From: Balanoglossus misakiensis
Taxonomy: Eukaryota > Animalia > Hemichordata
DNA: 64,000 bases
NCBI GenBank assembly: GCA_040954595.2
Contig: CM082593.2
Coordinates: forward strand, 8,034,043-8,098,042
Direction: 5' to 3'
In this document: positions 51,623-64,000 of the stretch, piece by piece
How positions within the stretch are numbered: the stretch's first letter is position 1
Layout: every line of letters starts with the position of its first letter
Position numbers and translations under genes: made by a program
Notes under the pieces: model-generated
Seen by the model: only the letters and a program-made list of their open reading frames with translations
Databases searched by the model: none
What the model was told of the DNA's origin: nothing

Positions 51623-54189
51623 CACATAACACTCAGCGGATATACTGGTCCTGTTAGTTTGATAGTCTGTGTCACAACGTCTGTCCCTCACGTTTGTATA
51701 TAGTTAGACGCTTGCGAGGTTGTCCAAGGTTACATTTGTACGAGAATAGTTAGTGTGATGCGCTAAGCCGTTTAGTCCCTATAACTTTAAATCAAACTGT
51801 TAGACGACTTGGCTTCGATAACTTTCTGTCATTGATCTATGTACGCCACACAAAGTATGTGACCTCACTGACCTGTACCTTAATTCCTGAGTCCCTGTCT
51901 CTAATCAAGAGTTTGTGCAATGCCCACTTACAGAATGTGTCAATTAAATCCAGGAAAATTTGAGATTAGAAGACCATGAACCATTTCTGATAAATTGCGT
52001 GCTAACTGACATTCTGTGTGCTATGTGCGTGATACATGGGTTTAAAGTCTATTATCGTCTTAAATGACATAAATCCTTCATACTGGTTCTTTGAAGGTTT
52101 TATAATGAAGAAGGGCGTTTGCTCTGATTTAATATGGGGCTAAAACAAAGTGCAATCAGTCTATCGGTGAAACTGGAAGGAGTGATTACATCTGACTCTC
52201 TCTGCCTCGAAGTCATAAGGAACAATGGATACAACTAAAGTAAGATTTTTATGAAAGTTTTTAAAATACACATAATGGTTTTCATATGTGATGTACAGGC
52301 AAAAGTTTGATCACAATTTCGAAACACATTAGTGCTACTGGCTCTATGACGCCCATATTACAAGCGTCTCCATGACAACGAGATAAGGTACTTCCAATCT
52401 GGAAAAATACGGATATAAAGTTAGAAATTGTCCAGTTGCATCTTTCGACGCACCAGGCACACTCGGACACACTTCAACGAACGGTGCAAGTTACAGAAAT
52501 ATTTCGTAACTAGACATTGACAATGTTCACTGACGGTATATATAATCGCAAAATTAAAATTCTGAAATATCTATTTTCTTCGTGGTTTACCGAGATCACG
52601 GTCACTTCAGCAACTAAAGAACTCTCTTAACCAGACTGTAAATGCAGTTATTATGATAACAGGACGAGAACTGTACAATTTGTCTTCCATGTCCGAGTCT
52701 AAAACGCCTATGACATACACCCCTTGTAAAATCTAATAATAACAGTTTTGTAAACACCCCAGCAAATATACGAATGTAGTATAACACCCTTCTGGACAGG
52801 GTTGAGGTTTGTAAAAGGGATAATATGCACATTACACTACATTGGGGTTTTCTGAATATTCACTATACATGATTCGCATATATTTTTTTCTGACTAATCT
52901 ATTGACAGCTAAAATTATAGATGTAGTTGTTTTGTTTTGTTTTGTTTAGCGCATGGTATGAAGCAAATGACCTTTAATGGTCAGTCCAAATTCTGTTGCC
53001 AAGACAACATATCAGTCTGACTAGAGGTCAAAATGTCTATAATATGTAATATATTAAGATATAGTAAATATCACCATGCAGCATAGAACCTACACAAAAA
53101 CATAGTTGTTATGTTTGGGAAATACATATAATTGAAATACAATTTTACAAAAACAAACTGAAAATTTTCTGTGTTTGTTTCCTGTGCCATCAGAAATAAC
53201 ATGTCTACATGAGCTGCGTGAGATGCTATCACACCTAGCTCCAAACATGTAACGAACAAAACAGTTTTCATCCTCCTTAGACACCCAGTTTCCACTTTAA
53301 GAATTATCTGAATACAGTTGTATCGCACGTCTTGAGCAAAGGTCGGCATCATGTGCTGTTGAAGGGAAAGCTGCGCCATATCTTTATTGAGCCCCAACGG
53401 CGATTTACAGTTTGCTTGATTTTCTTTGACCTTCACATTTGCGTAAATACATCCATTCTATGTAGACAGAATGTCCGTGTAGAAAGGGTGAAAGGTCACG
53501 TTGTCTTTCTAGGCCATTACTTTCGTACTTATCCCGATAACACGCGACCTGTGACCCGTCCCACCATCTATCAAATAAAAATATACTGCAAGCAATTTCA
53601 ATTAGCCGCAAAGTATTGTGTCCCACTCTGACATTGCAAATTGAACACAATCTGGACGTGGTAATCCTGATTTTGTGCTTATAAACATAAAAAATAGTGC
53701 GTCTGAAGTCAACATTTTGGTATCATATCTTGACATCTTGCAGCTTGTGTCTATAGTCGTTGCCATGCTTCTTATGGTATACGCCTTTAAATGCTATTGC
53801 TTCATATCAAACTGTGTAAAATTATCAATAATTTGTAGCAGTCGCCTGACTGAATTTTATATCCCGGGACGATAACACACAGTTCACTGTGTTTTACATC
53901 ACCGGCCATCTTCTAATGCACTCTTTATTTTTGAGTTTCCAATGCGTTCTGAGACTATTAATTTTCTAGAGTAGTGGGATTGCACAAATAATGACCACTT
54001 AACTCACACATACAACTCACCTAACCCTATGTCGTCAATAACTGCATGGCGAACTGTAATTGACCTGTGAGGCAGCACTTTCAAATCCTGGCGTACACTT
54101 CAGTAGATGGATAGGGAGATCTTAAAGCAGTCAGCGAATGCCTTTTGCACTTGAGTAGTCAGACTGATGTCACTGATCCAGATAAAGGT

Positions 54190-54224
54190 TCTCTCTGTCT
54201 CTCTCTCTGTCTCTCTCTCTCTGT

Positions 54225-54303
<79 letters not shown>

Positions 54304-54421
54304 GCTCTCTCTCGCTCTCTCTCTCCCTGCGTGCGTGCGTGCGTGCGTGTGTGCGTGCGCGCGCGTGTGTGCGTGCGTGCGTGTGTGTGTGTTTGTGTGT
54401 GCTTGCGCGCGCGCATGTGTC
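54190..54421. repeat. Compound (CT)n / (GCGT)n / (GT)n microsatellite
   Basis: Direct reading; explains the low-complexity ORFs 54145-54537. Confidence 0.95.
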
Positions 54422-57344
54422 TGTACATGAATTGTGTATATACATGTGTGTGTAATTCGAATGTGTCTCAACACACCATCGAGGCAGATTTTGTGTTTAA
54501 GAATTCCTGTAGAGCTCTGGCGACGAACGTCAGGTAATAATTCTCTGCTGGACTGCCAATAACTTTTGATGCTTATTAGTGCAATTCCAAATCGAACCTG
54601 ACATGTACCAATCGGAGCATTCTATAGTGAAGTATTTTCCAACTCAATAGAGTACTGTCTTGACAGGGTATGAAAGCTCGTAGATTTCCCAAAGATTTTC
54701 GCACTCAAGACATGATCTTACATTACACTCAATCCGTATATTTGAGTGAAAATCACCGTAATAAATCAATATTACTGTACTGAATTAAAAAGTAATATTT
54801 CGTGGTCTGTTAATAGTAAGGCTTATGATGAAGTCTACACAGGTGGCTATAGTTCAGCGTGTTGACTTCATATTGTGGTACTGTTTATTTGTAAGTTGTG
54901 GCCACCATATCGATCAGGGAACTACCCGTGATCGCGGTGTATTACTATCGCCTTATTTTCGAATTTCAATTACTGTATGTCACCCGGTATACCTTGGAAA
55001 TTCATAATTTACAATACAATACTTTCCATAGATTTTATTGCCTTTCCCTTGACGATACTGAGTTTTCAACGCTGATGCGCGCATAGCGATTCACTGAACT
55101 CTGCCTAAGTCGGCGGTGATAGGGACCATGCTGAGACTTACAATCGGTCGCGGATTAAACATGGACCTCATGGCAGGCCCGTCATCAATCGCAAAACCGT
55201 GTATTTACGGCGAGAACCACGCTCTATTTAGGGGTCGCATGACGAAGAGTGGCATAGCAGATTAACTTAGATGGAGAATGGATAGGTATCTTCGACCCTT
55301 ATCCCACATTTGCGAAACTGAAAATTATGACTGTAAACTCCTGTCCCGCTGACCGTCCTAACCTCATTAAATAATTTTTAATTCGCTGATTATCACCGCA
55401 GGAAAGTGTCGTACTCCCAAAAAACAACGGTTCTCAGAGGTATTAGTCTCCATGCCAACTAAGTACGTTCTATGACGTAAAGGATAGTTATCTCTTTATT
55501 TTCCTTAGATATCACGTGACCACTCACATCAATGTTTCAAGGGTTTAACATAGAACATCATGTCACGTTGTTATCACACACTGTCAAGTGAAAACACTGA
55601 TCGACATTGAAGCACGAATAGTTGAAGTCTAAAAACAATCGCCTTCTTCAGAATGAAATTATATAATGTTATGTATGTGTGTGTTCTAATAGCCTGTTAC
55701 TTTGAAAGTGTAACTCAAATTAAATCACACCAAACTCTTGAAAACATATTTTGACCATTCTATAAAGGGTTTCCTGGCGATAACAGATGAAGAAAATTAA
55801 TTATACTCATAGAGACCCCGGCAGTAATATCTTCTTTCAAAACAATTTTACCGACGCCAGAAAGGGGGTAACTTCCAAAACAACCATAATTTACATATAA
55901 ATTGACCGTATACAATGATTATTGATTAGCCGTTCCAGAATACGTTGAGACTTATTGCTCTATTTATCGTTTAGATTTTCCGGACCACCTGTTACAGACA
56001 CTATCACCACGACGGATCTCTTTTTTTAGAATCATTGCTTGATCTGAAAGCAGCTGTGGTGACGATTATGCGATAGGCATGCTTCGGGACGAATGCTTCA
56101 TCTTAAAAATGGATGGTAAATGTGACGCTGCCGTAGCCGCGAGTCTTTGACAACTCAACGGCTGCGCATCGTTGGAAATTATTGGGGCCCAAGATCTATG
56201 GTCGGTGGGCCCCTATTGATATTGTTAGAGTTCATCTTCTTTTTCGTATGTTTCTTCATACCAAGTATTTGCTCGTATAGCACTCAAAAACCACTGCACC
56301 CACGCTTATCAAATTTTGCCCCAATGATCGGGACCAATGTACACTGGACCCGTGAATGTTTAATTAGTCACGTGACTTGGTGGGGTAAATTTGATTTTGC
56401 GAGAACCTTAAAAATAATAAAGCTTCATTGCAAAAATATCAAAAATTACCAAAATCTTCCTGGATTGCAGGACTACGTTCAGGAACAAAAGAGGACGTTA
56501 ATGAAACTCATATATTATGTCAAGACCTTTTCAAATTTCAGTCCCAGTGACACTCTTGCACGAAGACTCAGACGTAGAAATGCGAGAGCGTAAGTTGGCG
56601 ATCAAAATGTTGGAAGACTGCTACGATATCTGCGGGTTTCTTGAAGGAAAGGAATCATTATCCCGCTACAAAAACAAGGATATTGTACCAATAGCCAAAC
56701 GACGGACTTTGTCTGCTATGATGGCGAAGAAACGGGAAATATCTGTAACCCAGAAACGTTCATGAAATGCACGTGATTAAGAATTGTAGAACGCTTAATT
56801 AAAGGCTTAAACTGAGGAAACGCTGCCCCTTTAAAGGAACTCGAAATCCCAGCTGAAACTGTCGAATCAACAAGTATAGGTCAACAAGTAAATGGTCTGA
56901 TTTAGCTAATTGATCAGAAGAATGAAGAAATGTTTTTTTTTGTCAAAGCTGAAGAAAAATATTAATATACACCATCATAGACAACTGATAGGAAAAGCTG
57001 AAAGGCATCACGGAAATACCTAGAACACAGAAAATTGGTGACATTAAAATAGGCATTTCTCCTGATTAAATTGAAGGCATCTAGAATGTCAAATCGCCAT
57101 AGGAACGTAAGTGTCGGAAAAATACCCAATTTTTCAGGGTGAGCGTGAGGGGAAGTATTCTCTCTGCCACCTTATTAATGAGAGTAAGTGACCTCTTTGA
57201 AGAACAGGAGAAAGATGATTCAGGGAGTTTCTTCGTTTGTTGTTTCACACGCCGTTTAAACTCTTTCCTCGTAGTGGCTTCGATCAAATGCGGATAGTAA
57301 AGAAGGAACCTTTGAAATCAAGATCTATTTCAAAGATGACAATT

Positions 57345-57587
57345 TATGTTATTCTACATGTGGGTATATAGTTAATCATCGTTCGACCACACACAACTTC
57401 CATCCCGCTTGTAGACGCGAGAGTAAAGAAATCACCAAAATGAATAATCGGTCTCTACCATTTATTAATTTTGGCGAGATTTTTACTCTCATATCCTACA
57501 AACGGGGTGGAAGTTGTGTGTGGTCGAACGTTGATTCACTATATATCAGTAAGAAAGGTCAGCGAGAGAGAGACTTTGTTCCTTTAA
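57345..57587. mobile_element. Family 1 MITE copy
   Basis: Long inverted arms around tcggtctctacc; ends gagagactttgttcctttaa. Confidence 0.75.
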
Positions 57588-60532
57588 AGGAAGAATAAAG
57601 AACCTACTACATACAGACTTGGCCTCTCCTGGTTCGTAAGTGGATATCTTTCCTCAATTGAACTGTAATTGTCACCTTTATACTGTAGGCTGTATGAAAG
57701 GAGAGATGATGGGAACGTTTCTGCTATCAATTTCCAACACCTTCTAGCGCATGACGTATTGTACATTCAAACGCTTTTGTTCAACAGGTTAACGAGATGG
57801 TGCATGGGCACCATCTATGTCTTAGACAAGTGATCACTGATAGCATTAGTGTCGTTGTTTCTGAATTGCGAATGTTTCTTATTTTGACTTAGAGATTAAT
57901 TAATTGGTGGGTGGGTGCCTCAGGTACTGATGTATTTTGTGTTTATCTGTACAACTGGTCATGTAAATGTACTATTTAACGCATGATTTTTTTGTGAAAG
58001 GATTATAATACCTTGAGAGCCCCTTAACAGTGTCGCTAGATCAATGCTACTGTCAGTTGAAGAACTGGGTTGACATCCCACGGGAAATATTTTCTTATAT
58101 GACATGTTTCAAAGAGAACACTGATATAAGATCTTCCACACGACAACAACATGCACGTAGACATTGTTCCTCAATACATACAAAGCCATCAAAATATCTC
58201 ACAGTATCATCGACTTTTCGTTAACCAATATATGTGGCAAGTGTCATCAAATGAAATGCGTTAATTATTTCAAATTTTCATTGAATATGCACATTGTTTA
58301 TTTATAAGAAACTTCAAAGTGTCTCTTTAGTAATTTATAAAGTGAAATCAAATTTGTACTACAGTATCTCTATCACGTTTCGTGTGATTGAGTGGAGTAG
58401 TATTGAATGTACCGTGAACATTGCGTAAATTCGTTAAATATGCAAATAAGCAAAATAAATAAATATCTCACAGTGCAGTCCATGGTTCGACTTTCATAAC
58501 AAACACCAAAGTGATATCGTGTCACGGTAGTTTAGTAAATGTATCGCTAATTACAAAAGTTTATCAAATATGCAAAAAGGCGAAAAATTACCGTGACAAA
58601 TAATAACATCATAACCTAGCAAATTTGGCATCCGTGGTAGGTTCAATCAAGTTTGAGGCACTAATTTTGTTAATAATCCAATACTTTCAGTTTGAGCTCT
58701 AATTTCATTTGTGAAGCCACGCCCATTCAAACGTCATCAATTCTTTTTTCCTTCCAAACAGTACTGATCAGCCAAATTCGGACGAAATCGGATCAGCCGT
58801 TCTTGAGATATCGATGCGACACACAGACACCGAACGAACGGACAGGTACAGGCAGGCAGACGAGCGGACATCGGTATGTCCAAAGCCTCGCGTCTTGCAC
58901 AGATGACTCAATGTGACTTATCACTCATTTTTGAGGCGATAAGAATATCTTTATCCCATGATGGCTCAGCCCTTGAGCTAAAGACTATACGTTCACTCGT
59001 ACAAGTCATATTTTCTGCCAATTATTGGTCATTAACCTGGCATTGTCTGTGGCTTAAAAGGTAAAATCCCTCGAGGGGTTTTTATTCTAAGTGATTAACC
59101 GTAGACTTTACGCAGAATCGTAGCAACGCAATGAAGGGCAGATGGGAGCTTTGTCTCGATGCGAGTGCGAAATCAATGCAATGATTCTAAATAGTCAACA
59201 TCCGGGAAGGTGGCGGGCCGGTGAACGTTATATTGACCGGTTGCCATGTCAACTCGGTCCAATAAAACCAGGCTTGTAATAAAAAACATTATTACCTGAA
59301 TACATGGTATATGGGCCCTATATATAGAGACAGGGGACAATTTGCTGTATACTGTGTATTGGCAATAACCCCCCCCCCCCCCGCTCTTGACCATAAACAC
59401 AACATATCATCCACCGAGAAATATCCATCACTTCATGTTGAAAGTATATTTCGTTGTTAGTATCTGTCCATCAATGTTTGACACTGTCGCCATTACCCAC
59501 TTCACGATTCTATGGTTAGAATGTGTGAAAAGTTATAAATACAGCCATGGTAAGTAAAGTTGTGATAACTCTGGAATGATTTACTTCAAAAGTTTTATTT
59601 TTTGCACATTAAAGAGAGACAAATCATTTAGCTTTTACGTTGTACACTGTTGATTCACCATATGTAATATTATATTTATACAAGCTCCAGATGTCAGTAA
59701 AACTATACATTTTCAGGCACACGTATTGCAAAACGCCCAAGTACTTTAAGGTTGACCAATTTAATCTTTTCTTGTGCTGCGGGTGAAAAAGTCGTTCTGA
59801 AAGGTCTATGTGCAGCGAACTGTAAAATGCACATAATCCTCGAAATTGTCAATTTGCAGGGAGATAATCAGATGATCACAGTCACGTAGGATAATTTCTT
59901 GATATCTGGGACTTCTAACACAGAACATCACAGCCCATCATGGGCGTCTATACGGCTAATTTCAAAGTGATTATCCACATCAGAAAACCATATTCTATCC
60001 ATTATTGAACTTAAGGCGACGGCATGATTTCCTGTGCGTACGTGTTGAACCTGATGGAGAGATCAAAGGTACTTTAAGTCAATTCAAGTTTGTGATTACT
60101 TGACCTTCCGTCCACAGAATTGGATCCAATCACATATCAGGCCCAAAGTCACCCACAAATAAAATGTGAAAGTATGAAGAATCCTAATAGTCGTTGGAAC
60201 TCCTCCAGAGATGAAGTTGAAGCAAACGGATTGAGATGAGCTCAGAATTACTGTCTAATCGACTTACACACCAATCGATTGCAACGACAATTTCAATCTT
60301 GACGTATTTCTGGTCGCTAAGAATACTTATGGGGCCTGTTTTTCCGAATACACATTTAAAACTTGGTTAAAATAGACTTTTACTCTCAAAACAAAGAACT
60401 GCGCATGTACAAACATCCGGCGAACGTATGAAGTATATTAGTCTTGAAACGGGCCAGACGATCGATTGTTGCAGTTTCACCACACACAAATAAATAGAAG
60501 ACCAGAGAAGCTGGTTAGTAAAACATGAACAC

Positions 60533-60736
60533 TTAAAGGGAAGGGATCGCCGCGTGCGTTTGGGTATCCCCCTTGATGAGAATATGTCCTCCCATACCAG
60601 CACAAACCCCACTGCAGTCACCACGACCTACTAGGATCTTCTTGCTGTCATGCCCAGTCTATGCTACGGTTGGCTGCTTCGTTCTCGCTAAGAATTGTCT
60701 AATTTCAGGGATTTGTGGATGACCCCTTCACTTTAA
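60533..60736. mobile_element. MITE family 3 (TTAA-flanked; ttaaagggaaggg / cccttcactttaa)
   Basis: Both termini present; reverse-orientation copies at ~37345-37517 and ~51475-51622; fragment at ~23168-23267. Confidence 0.75.
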
Positions 60737-60784
60737 GTCTAGTATGGTTTTTGCATTGGGTTAAGCGTAACGTGTTTGGATGTA

Positions 60785-60870
60785 CTTTGAGGGCCCAAGG
60801 GAAGATAAGCTTTTTACTGAAGCTTACCAGGTTACCCTCGTTAAATAAGGTTTAATAAAATAAAATAAAA
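60785..60870 (+). mobile_element. Probable LINE (L2/CR1-group) 3' tail fragment
   Basis: gggcccaagggaagataagct...agctt...ccctcgttaaataaggtttaataaaataaaataaaa stem-loop plus (TAAAA)n tail. Confidence 0.4.
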
Positions 60871-63800
60871 ACGAAAATTTAACCTCGGTCACAGACAGAT
60901 AATCGGATTTATATACATGCAATTATATGTTATTTTATATATTCAGATTTACACTTGGCCTTACGGTCCATCTCATTAGTGTTGTATAGTGTGTATTGAT
61001 CTCCCGCAGAGCGAAGTGGTTTACTTCAAGTGCAGGGATATAAAGTATGAATGAAACGTCATTTCCTAAAGAACAGTTTCAGGTCTCGTAGATAGGAATA
61101 CTCAGTTGGTAACCGTCTGATATGTATAGTGACTTGAAACAGGGAGTACTACCTCTCCACGTCTATAAAAATATTCGCATATGATCATGTGAAAGAAATA
61201 AAGATTTACTCGGTGTCGAATAATGTGTACTAAACTCCGTTTGGCACCATCTTTATTATACATATCGCTGTTTGTGTTGGACACTATGTTTGCTTTATGA
61301 TATCAGAGTATTGTTTTATCACCGACACTCTTATTTTATGCGAGACGCGTTGATACAACCATTCCAAAATAGGTAATGACGAAAACCTCTCTAAGGGGTT
61401 TAGTTTGGGTAAGCCAGGCAGGGTAGCTTGTGAAGATGGCATGGGTATTCTTTCGAAAAAATCACATTTTGTATCCAAATATTTCAATTGTCCATTTTCA
61501 TCTAGTCTTTCAAGGTGACTGCACATACATAATGCAAGACACACTGAAAGGCTAATACTCTTCTTTGAAATATTGTATTAACTAGGGAAATTCTCAGTTT
61601 GTCATTTTTACACGTTTTAATGTTTTAACCGGAAGTACACGACAATTTCATGGAATCACATTGAACAGTTATTCTCCAGGACCGCGTTTTAGAACTTTCC
61701 AACCTTCGTAGAATTTTCGTTCAATTTAAGCAGTCTGACGACAAAACGACCCATGTCTTTCAAAAATCAGAGATACGGTTTTGGTGATACGGGATATAAA
61801 TCCATTGACCTTGCCTCTGGTATTCACAATTTATTTTACCAGGAAATTTTCCATATTGCCGGAAACAACTCGCGTTTACCTGATTTACCAATTACAGTGA
61901 CTATACCTGTACAAAATTACTAGTTAATCACTACAGAAGGAGCGACATGATCCCATATGATTCAGGGTTTCCTGTTTACCAATATGGCGTTGTTATGGTT
62001 TCATACCACGTAGAGAAAAAAACAATGTGCGTTCTCTGTTGGGAACAATGTCTTGTGATTAGTTGTTCTGAAAGAGTGACTGCTGGGTTACACTAGATAG
62101 TCGTGAGGAGGTCGGTGGGGGAGTCGTGAGGAGGTCTGTGGGGGAGGAAGAGTCTTTCCTGCCTGCAACTTGATATCCAAGTGTACTTAATCACACAATG
62201 AGTTTTCAAGGCTGCCACCAGAGCCAAGCTTTTTTCACGGTAAAATGTTCAAAGCGGTACACACTACCTGTAATTGCACGGACAGCGTTCTTGAAAACAT
62301 CCCGTAAACCTTAACAATTGCTTGGTAACCGTCGATATCAGTGACAGCGAGTGTATTCACTTTCGGCAAAAGGAAAGACTACCTCATGCAAAATACAGCG
62401 AATTGCTGGCTTTTAAACAGCAAGGTCATCATCTCAATTATCACAGAAAAATGCATTCTTGACAATGATATCGAGGGAACCTCTCTCGGTTCTTGTCTAG
62501 TTGGTGTTAATGACAGAGAATTTTGTCAGTGCGCCTAAATAGAACCAGAGTGGGCACATTGAATTGAACTGCAGCATAAATGCAAGTCACGAAAGAAAAA
62601 TTAAGTTAATAACACTCGCACTCACACGGTGATACTACATTGTTGAGAAGTCGTAAATTTAGCTATAAATATATTTTGAGTAACTATATTCCAAAATTAG
62701 CGCCAACAAGATAGGTCATTCAAAAGTATGGGCGCCAGGGAATATCTTTATGGTGCTTGACAACATCGAAAAAGTTTTTTCACCCACAAAGTAAAAGAAG
62801 CCAAGATATGTCGAGATAGAAGGGCGGGAAGCTTTAAATAACAAAGCCTTGATTTTAAACATTGGGAAGGCTTGTGCCTCTTTGCCTGTGGAAATACAGC
62901 TATGCTGTTTTCATCACCAATAACTGTTAGCCATCTACTCACGAAATCGGGTCTTTTGCTTCTCCCTGTGGAAACACAGCTAATTGTTGCAGACCCCCCC
63001 CCCCCCGAATAGCTAAGTTTCTACAGCTTGTGCCACTTGTAATATAAACATTTACATTGTTGCGATAGTGCAATGTTCTGATCCACTAAAGTTAGCATTT
63101 TCTTAATCTGGTCAAGGTAAGCATCGATAAAGAAAAATGTGATGCTATTAAATCCCATTTCTAGACAAGCAGCTTTTGCGGCCTTGACTCAAATGTATTA
63201 AAGTTAAGTGTGTTGTTCTTCTGAAAGCCACTATAAATGTTCCCGAAATGAGAAAAAAACAAGACGCTGATGACAGAAACATGCCTGACTGCCGCATTAT
63301 TTTACACAATGAAAGACAGAAACATAAATTTTGAATATCACTTTGGGCTCTAAAAGTCAATTCTCGCCTGAACCACGTCTGAACGTGGATCATGATAAAG
63401 TGACAATTTATAGCAAATTCTCACATCACTTTACTGCATTCCGTCGGCATTCATGACGCAACATTGCACAATTTTGCCATCGTCATAGAGGGTTCTGAGT
63501 ATCAAATAGTACAATAAATACGAGAAAGTTCACAGTAAAATCGTGCTCCGAGATTGCGGTGTATTTGTTTATTGACGTAGTCTGTCATTACCTTCCATGT
63601 CGTTTACAATACACAGTTTTCTATTAATTTGATGGCCTTGTGGTTCTGGTGAACATATGCTTCAATTTTACATATGTGTACGTGGGAACAACTGAATAGG
63701 TCCGGAAAGGTGTACCTTTCATTATGACATCCAAGATGGCCGTGCGCAGCATACTCAAATGGACAAAAATGTAGAGTACCACTGAAATATTGGCATTTTG

Positions 63801-64000
63801 TTCTTTTAAAAGTAAAGCTATGAGAACGTTTCTTCACTTCCCTTTGCCTGTACCAATATAGCAGTGTTCATTGTCAAGCCCATACAGAGAGCTTGAGTGT
63901 AGTTTTATTAGCCTGTGTTTGATGGCATTTCATTAAACAGCACAACATATAAATATCCATCAGAAGAAACTGAAATAATCAAAAGAATGTCGAGCGACGT

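Noticed and set aside
54145-54537. Several overlapping ORFs (SLSLSL, ERERER, HARTH)
   Set aside because: They are translations of a compound microsatellite
1-64000. Prokaryotic operon, CRISPR array or defence system
   Set aside because: The DNA is intron-containing eukaryotic sequence; there are no long ORFs, no regularly spaced repeat-spacer array and no cas-like genes

Overview
This is AT-rich eukaryotic (animal) genomic DNA with spliceosomal introns. The gene content and repeat types suggest a marine invertebrate deuterostome (hemichordate/echinoderm/amphioxus-like), which is an inference only. Three multi-exon genes could be assembled by hand from GT-AG junctions with consistent phases. 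Genes A and B are head-to-head paralogues: gene A is on the minus strand (ATG 4360, running off the window start) and gene B is on the plus strand (5399-10791, 9 exons, 448 aa). Both encode signal-peptide proteins with an N-terminal region of 2-3 short C-x(4-6)-CG motifs, followed by a cysteine-rich domain resembling the type II periplasmic-binding-protein fold (bacterial amino-acid SBP family 3), with no transmembrane segment seen. They share a ~1 kb GATA-rich intergenic region. The third gene is a rhodopsin-class peptide-receptor-like GPCR on the minus strand (48442-13970, 5 coding exons, ~433 aa, 25 kb first intron, rare GAG acceptor) that converges tail-to-tail with gene B. The rest is intron or intergenic DNA with TTAA-flanked MITE families, Helentron-like (HINE) elements including a clean nested insertion, tiny TAG...CTA elements with 9-bp TSDs, SINE/LINE relics and microsatellites. 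Almost all other ORFs in the supplied track look spurious.
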